Shown in pieces: positions 47,499 through 56,747 of a stretch of 64,000 bases of DNA; the first letter of the stretch is position 1, and every line of letters starts with the position of its first letter. The DNA comes from Gemmatimonadota bacterium (lineage in GTDB: Bacteria; Gemmatimonadota; Gemmatimonadetes; Palauibacterales; KS3-K002). The position numbers and the translations under genes were made by a program. The notes below the pieces were generated by a model. It was not told the origin of the DNA. It saw only the letters and a program-made list of their open reading frames with translations, and searched no databases. Location: assembly GCA_039586795.1 (NCBI GenBank), contig JBDHJS010000005.1:67096-131095 (forward strand), given 5' to 3'.

Positions 47499-49418
47499 CT
47501 AGCCCGGTCCGACGTGGAACGATGCGGAGATGAAGCCGCTGATCAGCGACCAGTTCTCCACCCGCCCGACCACCGTATCCCCATCCGTATTCAACTTCAG
47601 ATCGCTGGTACCGGTCATCGAGTAGCCGGCGCCAAGCTCCAGCGTCGCGCTGCGGCCCAGCCGAGCGACGATTCCGCCGAACACGCCGCCCCCGAATACG
47701 TTGGACGTCAACTCAGCACCGCCGTCGCCGCCTTCATCCAACGAAAGCCCGGTATAGCTACCGCGCCCACCTATGTAGGGACGGATGGACGAACGGGGCA
47801 TGAAGTCATAGGTGAGCCCGAGGAATATCTCGTGGTAGCGGCGCGTACCGCCGAAGCCTGCGAACTCGTCAAAGTAGATGAAGTCGAGGCCGAAGTTGAT
47901 CTTGAAGGGATCAAACAGGTATTCGATGGCGACCTGGCCACCCAGCCCGATCACGTTGTAGGAGCCGGAAGCGCCCGATCCCGGTAGGTCGAGGTCAAAG
48001 GATGCCTGGCCGACGATGAAGCCTGCGTTGACATACGGGCCGCTCCGCCAGCGATAGCCGCCGAACGGCTCGTACAGCTCCTCCTCCGACGCCCGCCCGG
48101 CATTCGCATCGCGTACTTCGCCGGACGGGTCGAGTCGCAGGTTGAGACTCAACGGCACCGCCTGCCCACCCCGCACCACCACGTTGACCCGGCTGGTACG
48201 ATCCGAGCCGCGGACGCCCCAAAGCACGTGACGACCGGCGGGTACGTCTTTCACCGTAAGCGTTCGCCCGGTGCTGCACGAACCGACCGGCCCGCGTGAG
48301 AGATCGTCCATGAAAACGGCGACGTCGTCCTGCAGACAGGTAACGACGATGTCACCGGGCAATTCTCTCAGCTCGGCATAGATGTCTTTCACCTGCTCGT
48401 GCTCGAGGATGAACTCCTGCTCGTACGGTTCGTAACCCTCGCGCTCGATGCGAACGGTGTGAGGACCCGTCTCGACTTCCTTGCCACGCCACGGTGTTGT
48501 GCCGACGCGTTCGCCGTCCAGGAGTACGACCGCCTCCAGCGCGCTGGAGCGTACCCAGATCTGACCTTCGCCGCGCGCCAGAATGATCTCGCGCTGCACG
48601 ATTCCTCGGGGGATGATTTCGACGTAGCCGCTGAACGGCCGGTGGCCCGGCGCGGTGATGGTTACCAAGTGGCGGCCGCCGCCCATGGTCGTGGTGGCAG
48701 GCGCCGGTACGTTGATCTCTCCGTCTATGTTGACCCAAGCCGGAGTGCCATCCTGAGTGCGAACATCGATGCGCAGCTCGCCCAACGCTTCGGGTCCCAG
48801 AGTGTCACTGCGGAACGCGCCATAGGAGACGGCGCCGGCGGCGGGCAACAGATCCTCTACTGGATCGAGAGAGGGCGGAGGTATCACCACGCTCCACGTG
48901 CCGAGGATCTCGCCGGGTGACAGCTCGGCGGCGCCCGTTGCCACCACGAGCTTGGCGCGGAACTCCGTGCCGCCGCGGACCGGGAGCACCGAGCCTTCGA
49001 AGATGCCACCGGCGGTCTGAAAGCGTCCAACTACATCGCTAGCACGGCAGAAGGGGGCGTCCTCGGTGTAACAGGCCTCGAGCTCTTCGAGTATGCGCTG
49101 ACGCGCCTGCTGGTCGATGACTCGCACGCGCTGCTCGGCGAGGGCCGTCGTGAAGCGGCGCTCGAGAAGGTCGCTGGCCTGGACACGGTAGCCGCGCTCG
49201 TCATGAAGGACGTGAAGGACGAGGAATGGCTCGTAGGATCCGATGTCTGGCACAGACGCGCGAATCTCCGTGACCAGCCGGGACATGTAGTCGTCCAGCT
49301 GCTCCCTCGATGTCCCTTGTGCATCGGCGCTGGGCGCAGAGAAAGCTCCGCCGATCCAGATCATCAGACCGGCACAAAGCCCTCTGGTCACCAGAACTCT
49401 ATCTCTTGTCTTTGCCAT
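47499..49418 (-). CDS. Exported PEGA-domain protein with C-terminal beta-barrel-like region
   Basis: Signal peptide; PEGA repeats (VLLDGERVGTTP...GPHTVRIEREGYEPY); amphipathic C-terminal strands. Confidence 0.78.
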   Translation of the reverse strand: MAKTRDRVLVTRGLCAGLMIWIGGAFSAPSADAQGTSREQLDDYMSRLVTEIRASVPDIGSYEPFLVLHVLHDERGYRVQASDLLERRFTTALAEQRVRVIDQQARQRILEELEACYTEDAPFCRASDVVGRFQTAGGIFEGSVLPVRGGTEFRAKLVVATGAAELSPGEILGTWSVVIPPPSLDPVEDLLPAAGAVSYGAFRSDTLGPEALGELRIDVRTQDGTPAWVNIDGEINVPAPATTTMGGGRHLVTITAPGHRPFSGYVEIIPRGIVQREIILARGEGQIWVRSSALEAVVLLDGERVGTTPWRGKEVETGPHTVRIEREGYEPYEQEFILEHEQVKDIYAELRELPGDIVVTCLQDDVAVFMDDLSRGPVGSCSTGRTLTVKDVPAGRHVLWGVRGSDRTSRVNVVVRGGQAVPLSLNLRLDPSGEVRDANAGRASEEELYEPFGGYRWRSGPYVNAGFIVGQASFDLDLPGSGASGSYNVIGLGGQVAIEYLFDPFKINFGLDFIYFDEFAGFGGTRRYHEIFLGLTYDFMPRSSIRPYIGGRGSYTGLSLDEGGDGGAELTSNVFGGGVFGGIVARLGRSATLELGAGYSMTGTSDLKLNTDGDTVVGRVENWSLISGFISASFHVGPG

Positions 49419-50727
49419 CGTTCTCGCGTAGCAGCTTCAGTGCAGCGACCGACAGGTCACGCCCCAGAAGATCCAGCGCCTCCAGTCGAGCGGCGTCACG
49501 CGTGGCTCCGAGCCCGCGAACGGGCTCGAGCTCGACCGACGCGCGACCCTCCGCACCCTTCAACGCGACCCGACCGCGTGCCGTGGCGACCTGTAAATCG
49601 CCCGACCGTTCGCCGACGGCGACTTCGCATCCGATCTCGATCGCCGTAACGCCCTTCCCCGCTTCGACCACCTGCACGCCCGCTTCACCAAGCGCCCGCT
49701 CCAGCGCCTCGACCACCGACTCGCACCCCGATCCGAGGCCCTCGATTGAGAGCTCGAGGGTGAGCGGCTGGCCAACCTCCAGGAGCACGGCGTCATCCAG
49801 AGCCCGACCGATAGCCGGCGCTAACCCGCTCGCCTCGTCGGGCAGCGCTTCCAAGTACCGTGCGATGTCGGGCCGCACCGTGACACGGACCTTGCTGCCC
49901 GGTTCAGGCTCCGCCAAGTCGCACACCGCTCGGCCGTTTGGATCAGTCTTGACCGATCGTTCTTGTCCGTCGAACAGACACTGCAGCGGCACCGCTACCG
50001 CCGGCTCGCCTTTGTACTTCACATCCGCCTCGATCGTCGCTCCGCTTCCGCCGTTCATGACGACCCAGGCTGCCAGCTCCAGCGGTTCGACGAGCTCCTC
50101 CGCAACGCCTGCCAAACGCTCGATGTGTTCCTGGCGCTGCAAGTTCCGAGACGAAGCTACGCGTTCAACGATGTCGATGTACATATTCATCGCGTCGCCC
50201 CATTGCCCCTGCTCTAGCGGCAACGAAATCGCCAGCGATGCGCCGTCGACCGCTTTCTGGGCTTCGACCGTCGTCCACTCGATGCGGTCCTTCTCCGCCT
50301 CGGCCTGTCGGCGCGGGTAAGCGTAGAGCGCACTCACATAGTAGGAGCGGCCCCATTCGACTTCGGTGACCTCGTAGTAGGAATCGGTGCGGCGGGCATC
50401 GACCAGGAAGAGATCGCTGTCGAAATATGAAGTGGCGCTACCGGCGCGGGTCGCTTCGCTCTGCGCGCTGTAGACGTGCGATGAGAATCGGGCGCCGACC
50501 CACGCAGCGACGTCCGTCATCGCCTCGGCGCGCGCGCACCGCAACGCTTCCTGGTACGACGGAAGATCGGAGCAGATACCGACGAAGTAGAGCGAGTCGC
50601 GCGCCGCGGGCGTCACTTCGACCCAGGCGGGCCGCTCCGGGGCGGAGCGCTCGATGATCGCGCTCGCCCCGCAGGCACCAAGACCAGGTATGAGCAGGAC
50701 CGCCAGGGCTAACGCCTGACGGTTCAC
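49399..50727 (-). CDS. LPP20-like lipoprotein
   Basis: Lipobox LGAC; ERPAWV, YFVG, ARAEAMTDVA; Ig-like KTDPNGRA segment. Confidence 0.7.
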   Translation of the reverse strand: MNRQALALAVLLIPGLGACGASAIIERSAPERPAWVEVTPAARDSLYFVGICSDLPSYQEALRCARAEAMTDVAAWVGARFSSHVYSAQSEATRAGSATSYFDSDLFLVDARRTDSYYEVTEVEWGRSYYVSALYAYPRRQAEAEKDRIEWTTVEAQKAVDGASLAISLPLEQGQWGDAMNMYIDIVERVASSRNLQRQEHIERLAGVAEELVEPLELAAWVVMNGGSGATIEADVKYKGEPAVAVPLQCLFDGQERSVKTDPNGRAVCDLAEPEPGSKVRVTVRPDIARYLEALPDEASGLAPAIGRALDDAVLLEVGQPLTLELSIEGLGSGCESVVEALERALGEAGVQVVEAGKGVTAIEIGCEVAVGERSGDLQVATARGRVALKGAEGRASVELEPVRGLGATRDAARLEALDLLGRDLSVAALKLLRENDGKDKR

Positions 50728-51353
50728 CCGTTCTTCTTGATCTGGTTCAGCCGGTTGATCGCCTCGTCGATGAACTCCTCGGCATCGACGTTGTTGTCTT
50801 CCCGAGCCCGGTTCTTCAGCTCCTCGAGCGCGCGAACCTGAGCCATGTTGTACTCCTGCTCCGGGACCTTGAGCAGCACGAAGGTGTTATAGCGGTACTC
50901 GACACCGTAGCCGGTCTTCACCGCCACCTTCTCGTAGTAGCGCTCCTCGGTCTCGGCGCCGGAGAGGCTGATCTCCTTGACGGCGAGCTCCTGGAAGTTA
51001 CGACCGTACTGCTGAATCTCGTCTTTGCCGCCCACATCGCTGGACTGGAGCAGCGAGCTCCAGATCCCCAACACCGCCTCGCCCATGTCCTGCATGGCTT
51101 CGGCTTTGGCCATACGGAATCCGAGGGCGTAGTCGGTATACCCTTCCTCACCGCCGGAGAAGAACTTGAAGCCATCGTCATCGTCCGGTGGGTCGAGTAT
51201 CCAGTCGGGTCGATCGCCGTCGCTGCGTTCGATGACGACCTGGGTGCCGACGGGCGCTTCGTCGAGTTCTTCGACGTTCTTGCCACCGCAGGCAAGCGGG
51301 GCGAGGAGAACGGCGAGAGCCAACAGTTTGAGGACGTTGCTGCGAAGCGTCAT
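50724..51353 (-). CDS. LPP20-like lipoprotein
   Basis: Lipobox PLAC; DRPDWI, AKAEAMQDM, ERYYEK; ATG 51353 after GGAGG. Confidence 0.72.
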   Translation of the reverse strand: MTLRSNVLKLLALAVLLAPLACGGKNVEELDEAPVGTQVVIERSDGDRPDWILDPPDDDDGFKFFSGGEEGYTDYALGFRMAKAEAMQDMGEAVLGIWSSLLQSSDVGGKDEIQQYGRNFQELAVKEISLSGAETEERYYEKVAVKTGYGVEYRYNTFVLLKVPEQEYNMAQVRALEELKNRAREDNNVDAEEFIDEAINRLNQIKKNG

Positions 51354-51561
51354 GATCACTACCTCCTGGCAGAATGGTACCAATGCTTTTCTTCCTGTGG
51401 CCAAACGGGGCCCGGTCAAGCGACTCGAGTGGCGTAAGATAACGCCAATCGCGGCTTTTCCGGGCCCCGTCCGGTCCGTGGTACCTGTCTTTTGTAACGC
51501 TCCTGCCTTACATACCCTACGAAGATAACTATGTTGCGGGTTCATTCCAAGCGCGAAGCCG

Positions 51562-52266
51562 TCAAATGCCGTGGAACAGGTCGGCCAATGGCGGCTTGTG
51601 ATCCTCCTGAAAGACCTCGAAGTACTGGTGATCGCCGCAAAGCGCGGCGGGATCGATGCTCTCGATAACCTTCTGATAGGACTTATAGCAGCCAAGAGCC
51701 TCGACCTGGGCCTGCCTGTCTTCATCGGTCAGCGGCATGGCGCAGTCGATCTCCTCGGGTCGGGACGGACGGAGGTTAACAGGCCGATCCGACTCGTCCA
51801 CTTCGCTCAGGGTATAGAACGCCAGGCGGCGCAGGTAGCTGTCGGGCGACTCGCGTAGTTCGCAGTACACGCGCTTCACGACGGCGTGCGTCACCAAGTG
51901 GTCATCGAACCCACTGACACCGTAGGCCGCATACGACACGACGAGCGGCGGACGAAGTTCGTCCAGTTGTCGAGTCACCGCCACCTCGATCTCCCGCGGG
52001 TCCATCTCTTTGAGCCCGGAGTCCGGCAGGTCGAGGACGGTCAGCGACGTCAGGTCCAGCACCTTCGCCATTTCCTCCATCTCGCGTACGCGGAGCTCGC
52101 CCATCTCTTCGACCGATAGCCCAAGGTCGTGGCGGACTTTAGTCGCACCACCGCGGGTCAGCGAGACTAGGTGCACCTCGTGACCCTGGGCGCGCTGCCT
52201 GACCATGGCCGGTGCCGGCCCAAACGACTCGTCGTCAGGATGGGCGAAGATGTACAGTACGCGCAT
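51562..52266 (-). CDS. PIG-L/LmbE-family deacetylase
   Basis: FAHPDDES, LTRGG, LPDSGL, GFDDH, YKSY; TAATG coupling to upstream gene. Confidence 0.9.
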   Translation of the reverse strand: MRVLYIFAHPDDESFGPAPAMVRQRAQGHEVHLVSLTRGGATKVRHDLGLSVEEMGELRVREMEEMAKVLDLTSLTVLDLPDSGLKEMDPREIEVAVTRQLDELRPPLVVSYAAYGVSGFDDHLVTHAVVKRVYCELRESPDSYLRRLAFYTLSEVDESDRPVNLRPSRPEEIDCAMPLTDEDRQAQVEALGCYKSYQKVIESIDPAALCGDHQYFEVFQEDHKPPLADLFHGI

Positions 52267-54893
52267 TAAGGCACCTTCCTTTCGGGAACGGCCAGGGCCA
52301 TCGCGGTCGACCAAGCCTGGTCTGTCGTTACGCCGACGCTGCGAAGCTCATCGCCGTGCAGCACTTCCGGCCACGCGCCCAGCGCAACCGACTTATAGAG
52401 TCGTACGATCTGCTCCCAGTGCCGCGTCGCCGCCTCCTTTCTCCCGGCTCTCGCTTCGGCCAGGCTGACCCAGCCGGTGAAGAGCGGCCAGACCGAACCG
52501 GCATGATAACCGTCGGATCGGTATTCTGAGTCAGAGCGCGGTACCAGCCTAACGCCCCACTCCGTGGAGAAGTTCGGGGTGGAGATTTCGTCGAGCCACG
52601 ACTCGCAGCGTTCCAGGTGCGCGGTGCCTAGCAGCAGCGGCACGGCGGTCATCACGGTCGTCGACGTGTTGAGAGAGCCATCGGCGCGACGACCGTGGGC
52701 GTAGCGTCCTATTATAGGATCGAAGAACGAGAGCTCGAGGCTCGCCCGGGCCGCCGCGGCTCGGTAGGCGAGTTCGTCGGCGACGTCATCGTAGCCGAGC
52801 GTTCGGGCCGCCACCTCGAGCTCGGCCAGCGCCGCGGTCCAGACGCCGGCCAGGTAGAACGAAACGTGGTTCTCTCCCAATCGCCCGAACTCCACCCACC
52901 CGTGCCCGACGCCGGTGTTCTCGATCAATCCGTCACCGTCGGTGTCGGTGTCCAGACAGAACTCGTAGGCCTTCATGATACGGGGCCACTCGCGCTCGAC
53001 CGTCTCGCGATCGCCCGTCGCCGCCAGGTAGCGGGCGGCGAGTAGGAGGTAGAGCGGCGTGGAGTCGGCGGCGTCGTAGTGGATGACCCCGCTGGTGGTG
53101 CACTCGTGGAGAATCTTGCCGGTGATGTCCTGGTGGCGGCCGAGGAATTGGAGGACCTCGCGAACGGTCTCGTGCTGACCCGCGTCCAGGCAGGCCAGAG
53201 CAGTCCAACAGGCGTCGCGGCCGAAGAACCAGGCGTAGCCGGGCCGGCCATCGCCGAATTCGTCGCGGCGCGACCGACCGTAGCCAGCCACGAGTGAAGT
53301 GCCGAGCCCGGGCACCTCGACCCGGTAAGTGGATACTCGCCATTTCGCCCACTCCACCGCATCCGCCAGATCCGGATGATCCTCGTGGATCGCTGGCCCG
53401 CGCTTCTGTTGCGCCTGGCGCATCGCGAGTCGGGAGGAAGCCCAGTCCGCAGGATCGACAGTCTCCGGGGGATCTTCATCCGCCGTGGCCCCGACGATCA
53501 GAATTCGGGTCGGTTCGGTCAGATTCAACTCAGCTTCCAGACGTACTCGGGATCGCTCGTCGTCCGATACGTCGATCACGCGCAGCGCTTCCGGAGCCGG
53601 ATCTATGCGACAGCCCAACCACTCGCCGGTCTCCGATTCCAGACCGACGGCCCCGCCCTCGTCGCGAACTGAAATGCGGCCGGCCGTCCCGGCTGGGTAC
53701 GGCCACATCAGTCGCAAGTCCGTCTCCATGCTCCAAGAAAGTCGAACGGGCCCACCGATGGGCCGCAGCTCGACGAGCGTCGCGGCCGTTTCCGGAGCGA
53801 CGGTCGTCCGCTCGTCGATTTCAGCGCCGTCGATAGTGAGTCGTCGAGTGATGACGCCGGGCTGAATCCGGAACTGCGTAGCGACATTGTTGCGCACTTG
53901 TTGCGTGTCGTCTGCCGATTCCGCTGAGCCATATGTCCAGCGGCTGACCGCGCGAAACGGATGCACCCAGATCTCTTCGTGTCCCGTTGCCTCGCGTCCG
54001 ACCAACAGACATCGCGACCCTGCCAACGTGTACTCGGACTCCGTCGCCTCGCGTTCCAGAACCAGGTCGCAACCGGGCTCGAAGGCGCCCGTGGCGTCGA
54101 GAGCGGGGGGCGGGGTAACCGATGGATTCGATTTGATGCCGGTAAGAACGGGCGCCCAAGCGCCGCCCATCAGCCGGGCGCGGTGTCCGTTGGCCATCAC
54201 CCGACGCAGAGCGTTCTCGATCACCCGCTCGAGGTGAGCTCGATACGCGGCCCGGCTCGCCGCGAAATAGACGTAGCCGCCAATACAGAGCGCCCAACCG
54301 TCGCCCACCATTTGCTCCCACGCCAGTCGGCGATCCGGGTTCATCGATATGAAGGATTTCTCAACGGCTATGGTCCGGCCCTTCACCGGCCAATTGGCAG
54401 CGGTATAGGCATAGCGCACGAATGGCTCGTCGCGTTCGGGCGCCCAGGTATAGGCCCCACTTCCCAAGTCCTCAAAGAGCGGGTGGCCACGAAAGCTCTG
54501 CAGACCACGCATGACTCGGGTTTCGCTGAAGCTTCCGGCATGCTCGTCAGCGGCGTCCTCCATCCACGCCGCCTCGACGATTTCGTCCGGCGGATTCGAT
54601 TCCCACCCGAGCCGCACCGGAAGCTCGGAGGCACCCAGCGTAGCGAGCAGGCCGCCGCCAGCCCAGACGTGGGCATCGATCGTCAGACGCGTCTCCTCGT
54701 CCAACTCCGGCAGCTTCGTCCAGTGGAACCACAGCGTCGACCTGCGCCCGAGTCTCGTGCTCGCCAATTGAGAGAGCGTTAGGGTCCGAACATCATAGGC
54801 CGCCTTCTGCTCGAGCCACGCCAGCGCGGCGGCGTTCTCTCGGGAGACATCGCCATCAGGTTGGACGAACAGAATCTTCGATCTTTGGGTCAT
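52266..54893 (-). CDS. Cytoplasmic six-hairpin glycosidase (GDE/amylo-alpha-1,6-glucosidase-like) with N-terminal accessory domain
   Basis: RPGYAWFFGRD, GKILHE, YDAADSTP, DTDGDGLIEN, YHAGSVWPLFTGW. Confidence 0.82.
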   Translation of the reverse strand: MTQRSKILFVQPDGDVSRENAAALAWLEQKAAYDVRTLTLSQLASTRLGRRSTLWFHWTKLPELDEETRLTIDAHVWAGGGLLATLGASELPVRLGWESNPPDEIVEAAWMEDAADEHAGSFSETRVMRGLQSFRGHPLFEDLGSGAYTWAPERDEPFVRYAYTAANWPVKGRTIAVEKSFISMNPDRRLAWEQMVGDGWALCIGGYVYFAASRAAYRAHLERVIENALRRVMANGHRARLMGGAWAPVLTGIKSNPSVTPPPALDATGAFEPGCDLVLEREATESEYTLAGSRCLLVGREATGHEEIWVHPFRAVSRWTYGSAESADDTQQVRNNVATQFRIQPGVITRRLTIDGAEIDERTTVAPETAATLVELRPIGGPVRLSWSMETDLRLMWPYPAGTAGRISVRDEGGAVGLESETGEWLGCRIDPAPEALRVIDVSDDERSRVRLEAELNLTEPTRILIVGATADEDPPETVDPADWASSRLAMRQAQQKRGPAIHEDHPDLADAVEWAKWRVSTYRVEVPGLGTSLVAGYGRSRRDEFGDGRPGYAWFFGRDACWTALACLDAGQHETVREVLQFLGRHQDITGKILHECTTSGVIHYDAADSTPLYLLLAARYLAATGDRETVEREWPRIMKAYEFCLDTDTDGDGLIENTGVGHGWVEFGRLGENHVSFYLAGVWTAALAELEVAARTLGYDDVADELAYRAAAARASLELSFFDPIIGRYAHGRRADGSLNTSTTVMTAVPLLLGTAHLERCESWLDEISTPNFSTEWGVRLVPRSDSEYRSDGYHAGSVWPLFTGWVSLAEARAGRKEAATRHWEQIVRLYKSVALGAWPEVLHGDELRSVGVTTDQAWSTAMALAVPERKVP

Positions 54894-54946
54894 ACCCCGG
54901 CGTCCGTGGAGTTTTGATCAAGATAGAGGGTTTGGGTATGCAAAGT

Positions 54947-54984
54947 GAAATCCCCGGAGCCGCTCTCTCAACGACTCCGGGGAT
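54947..54984 (-). terminator. Intrinsic terminator after the DUF411 gene
   Basis: ATCCCCGGAG...CTCCGGGGAT 10-bp stem, followed by TTCACTTT on the minus strand. Confidence 0.7.
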
Positions 54985-55008
54985 CTCGACCAGCCTGTAA
55001 ACGCCGGA

Positions 55009-55509
55009 TCAATAGCTGGCGTAGACCTTGGTGTTTCCTTCTCTGTCGAAGGTCAGCACGTCGTACGGAACTTTGTCGCCGTCTGGTGTCTCCATCCCCG
55101 GCGAGCCTACCGGCATCCCGGGCACCGCGAGACCGACAATCTCCGGCCTTTCCTCGAGCATGCGCAGGATGTCCGCAGCGGGAACATGGCCCTCGACGAC
55201 ATAGCCATCGATCACCGCCGTATGGCAGCCGGAAAACTCGTCACGCACACTGTTACTTCGCTTCGTGGCCTGGAGCTCGGCCTCGTCCACGTTCACCGCG
55301 TTGACTACAAAACCGTTGCTGCGCAGATGAACCATCCACGCTTCGCAGCAGCCTCAAGTAGGTGACTTGTAGACGGTGATCTCGGGGCCCGTGGCCTGGG
55401 CCAGCGCCGGCGGCGCCGTCTCCGTCTCAGAGCTGTTCCGCATCACGTAGTAGCCGGCACCGGCGCCCGCCACGAGCAAGGCAGCAACAGCGAAGGTCTT
55501 TGGGTTCAT
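55009..55509 (-). CDS. DUF411-family exported metal-binding protein with in-frame TGA (probable selenocysteine), 166 aa
   Basis: AAGGAG RBS, ATG 55509, signal/anchor, ITVYKSPT-TGA(55356-55354)-GCCEAW, then GCHTA, EGHVPA, GLAVPGMPVGSPGME. Confidence 0.85.
55317..55353 (-). promoter_or_regulatory. Bacterial SECIS-like hairpin
   Basis: 12 nt after TGA: GCGUGGAUG-GUU-CAUCUGCGC (9 bp, 2 G-U pairs) with GU in the apical loop. Confidence 0.6.
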
Positions 55510-55591
55510 CGCACGCTCCTTGTATCAGCTATCACTAGCGAGAATGGGCGAATCTCACCCGATCAGGCGTTCAGCGCAAGTCCAGAGCCCC

Positions 55592-55620
55592 TTGCCGAAG
55601 AAAACCCGAAAGTGTATCTT
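55592..55620 (+). promoter_or_regulatory. Candidate sigma70 promoter with overlapping CCGAA-N6-CCGAA direct repeat
   Basis: TTGCCG (55592) -17 nt- TATCTT (55615-55620); CCGAA at 55595 and 55606. Confidence 0.55.
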
Positions 55621-55677
55621 GGTCCTCCACTCGCCCGCTCACGGGCGACTCTCCTGGGCCCCAACCTGTGGAGGCGT

Positions 55678-56733
55678 ATGAGGGTAGCACCGATCCACGG
55701 CCGGGGGGTGTCCTACAATCCGGCCAACCGCTTCGAGGCGATCGCGGTCGTGCGCGACCGCTGGTACGATCCCGATGATCCAGCGCCGCGGACCGAGCTG
55801 TACCGCGATTCCAGCCGCTCGATCATCGTGCGGAACGACAGCCCGGATGTCGGCTTCGACGTCAGCATCAACCCGTACCGGGGCTGCGAACACGGCTGCG
55901 CCTACTGCTACGCGCGGCCGTACCACGAGTACTATGGGCTCTCGGCCGGGCTCGATTTCGAGACGAAGATCTTCGTCAAAGAGGACGCACCGGAGCTGCT
56001 CCGGGTAGAGCTGACGAAGCCGAGTTGGCGGCCGCAGACGCTGGCGCTGTGCGGTGTGACCGACCCCTACCAACCGGCGGAGCGCCGTCTGAAGATCACG
56101 CGTCGTTGTCTGGAAGTCCTGGCAGATTTTCGAAACCCGGTCGGTATCGTGACCAAGAATCACCTCGTCACGAGGGACATCGATGTGCTCAAGGAGCTGG
56201 CTCGGTTCAACGCGGTTGCCGTGACGTTATCGATCACCACGTTGGACGACCGGTTGCAGCGATTGATGGAGCCGAGGACATCCTCTCCCGTGCGACGGCT
56301 CGACGCTATTCAGCGACTATCGGACGAGGGGATACCGGTCAACGTCAACCTGGCACCGGTGATCCCGGGACTGACCGATCACGAGCTGCCGCGCATACTG
56401 CGGGCGGCCGCCGAAGCCGGCGCGCGAAGCGCCGGCTACCTGATGCTGCGCCTACCGCTGGGCGTGAAGGAGCTGTTCGCCGATTGGCTGCAGCAGCACT
56501 ATCCGGAACGCATGGACAAGGTACTGAACCGCGTCCGGTCGATGCGGAACGGTCGGCTGGACGACTCGCGATTCGGCAAACGGTTCCGTGGTGAGGGTCC
56601 GTTCGCCCGACAGATCGCTAATATGTTCAAGGTGACCTGCCGGCGGCTGGGACTGAACGAAGACCGCATCGAGCTCTCGACGGCCGCGTTCAGGAGGCCG
56701 CCAAAGGGCGTGCAGTTGAGGCTGTTCGACTAG
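55678..56733 (+). CDS. PA0069/Rv2578c-family radical SAM protein (spore photoproduct lyase-like, DNA-repair associated)
   Basis: NDSPDVGF, SINPYRGCEHGCAYCYARP, TDPYQPAER, LRLP, QLRLF; ATG 55678 after GGAGG. Confidence 0.92.
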   Translation: MRVAPIHGRGVSYNPANRFEAIAVVRDRWYDPDDPAPRTELYRDSSRSIIVRNDSPDVGFDVSINPYRGCEHGCAYCYARPYHEYYGLSAGLDFETKIFVKEDAPELLRVELTKPSWRPQTLALCGVTDPYQPAERRLKITRRCLEVLADFRNPVGIVTKNHLVTRDIDVLKELARFNAVAVTLSITTLDDRLQRLMEPRTSSPVRRLDAIQRLSDEGIPVNVNLAPVIPGLTDHELPRILRAAAEAGARSAGYLMLRLPLGVKELFADWLQQHYPERMDKVLNRVRSMRNGRLDDSRFGKRFRGEGPFARQIANMFKVTCRRLGLNEDRIELSTAAFRRPPKGVQLRLFD

Positions 56734-56747
56734 CGAGTCGGCTGCGC

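Noticed and set aside
55009..55509. Pseudogene call for the DUF411 gene
   Set aside because: The single stop is TGA exactly at a motif Cys with a SECIS-like hairpin; RBS, rest of ORF and terminator are intact (not fully excluded)
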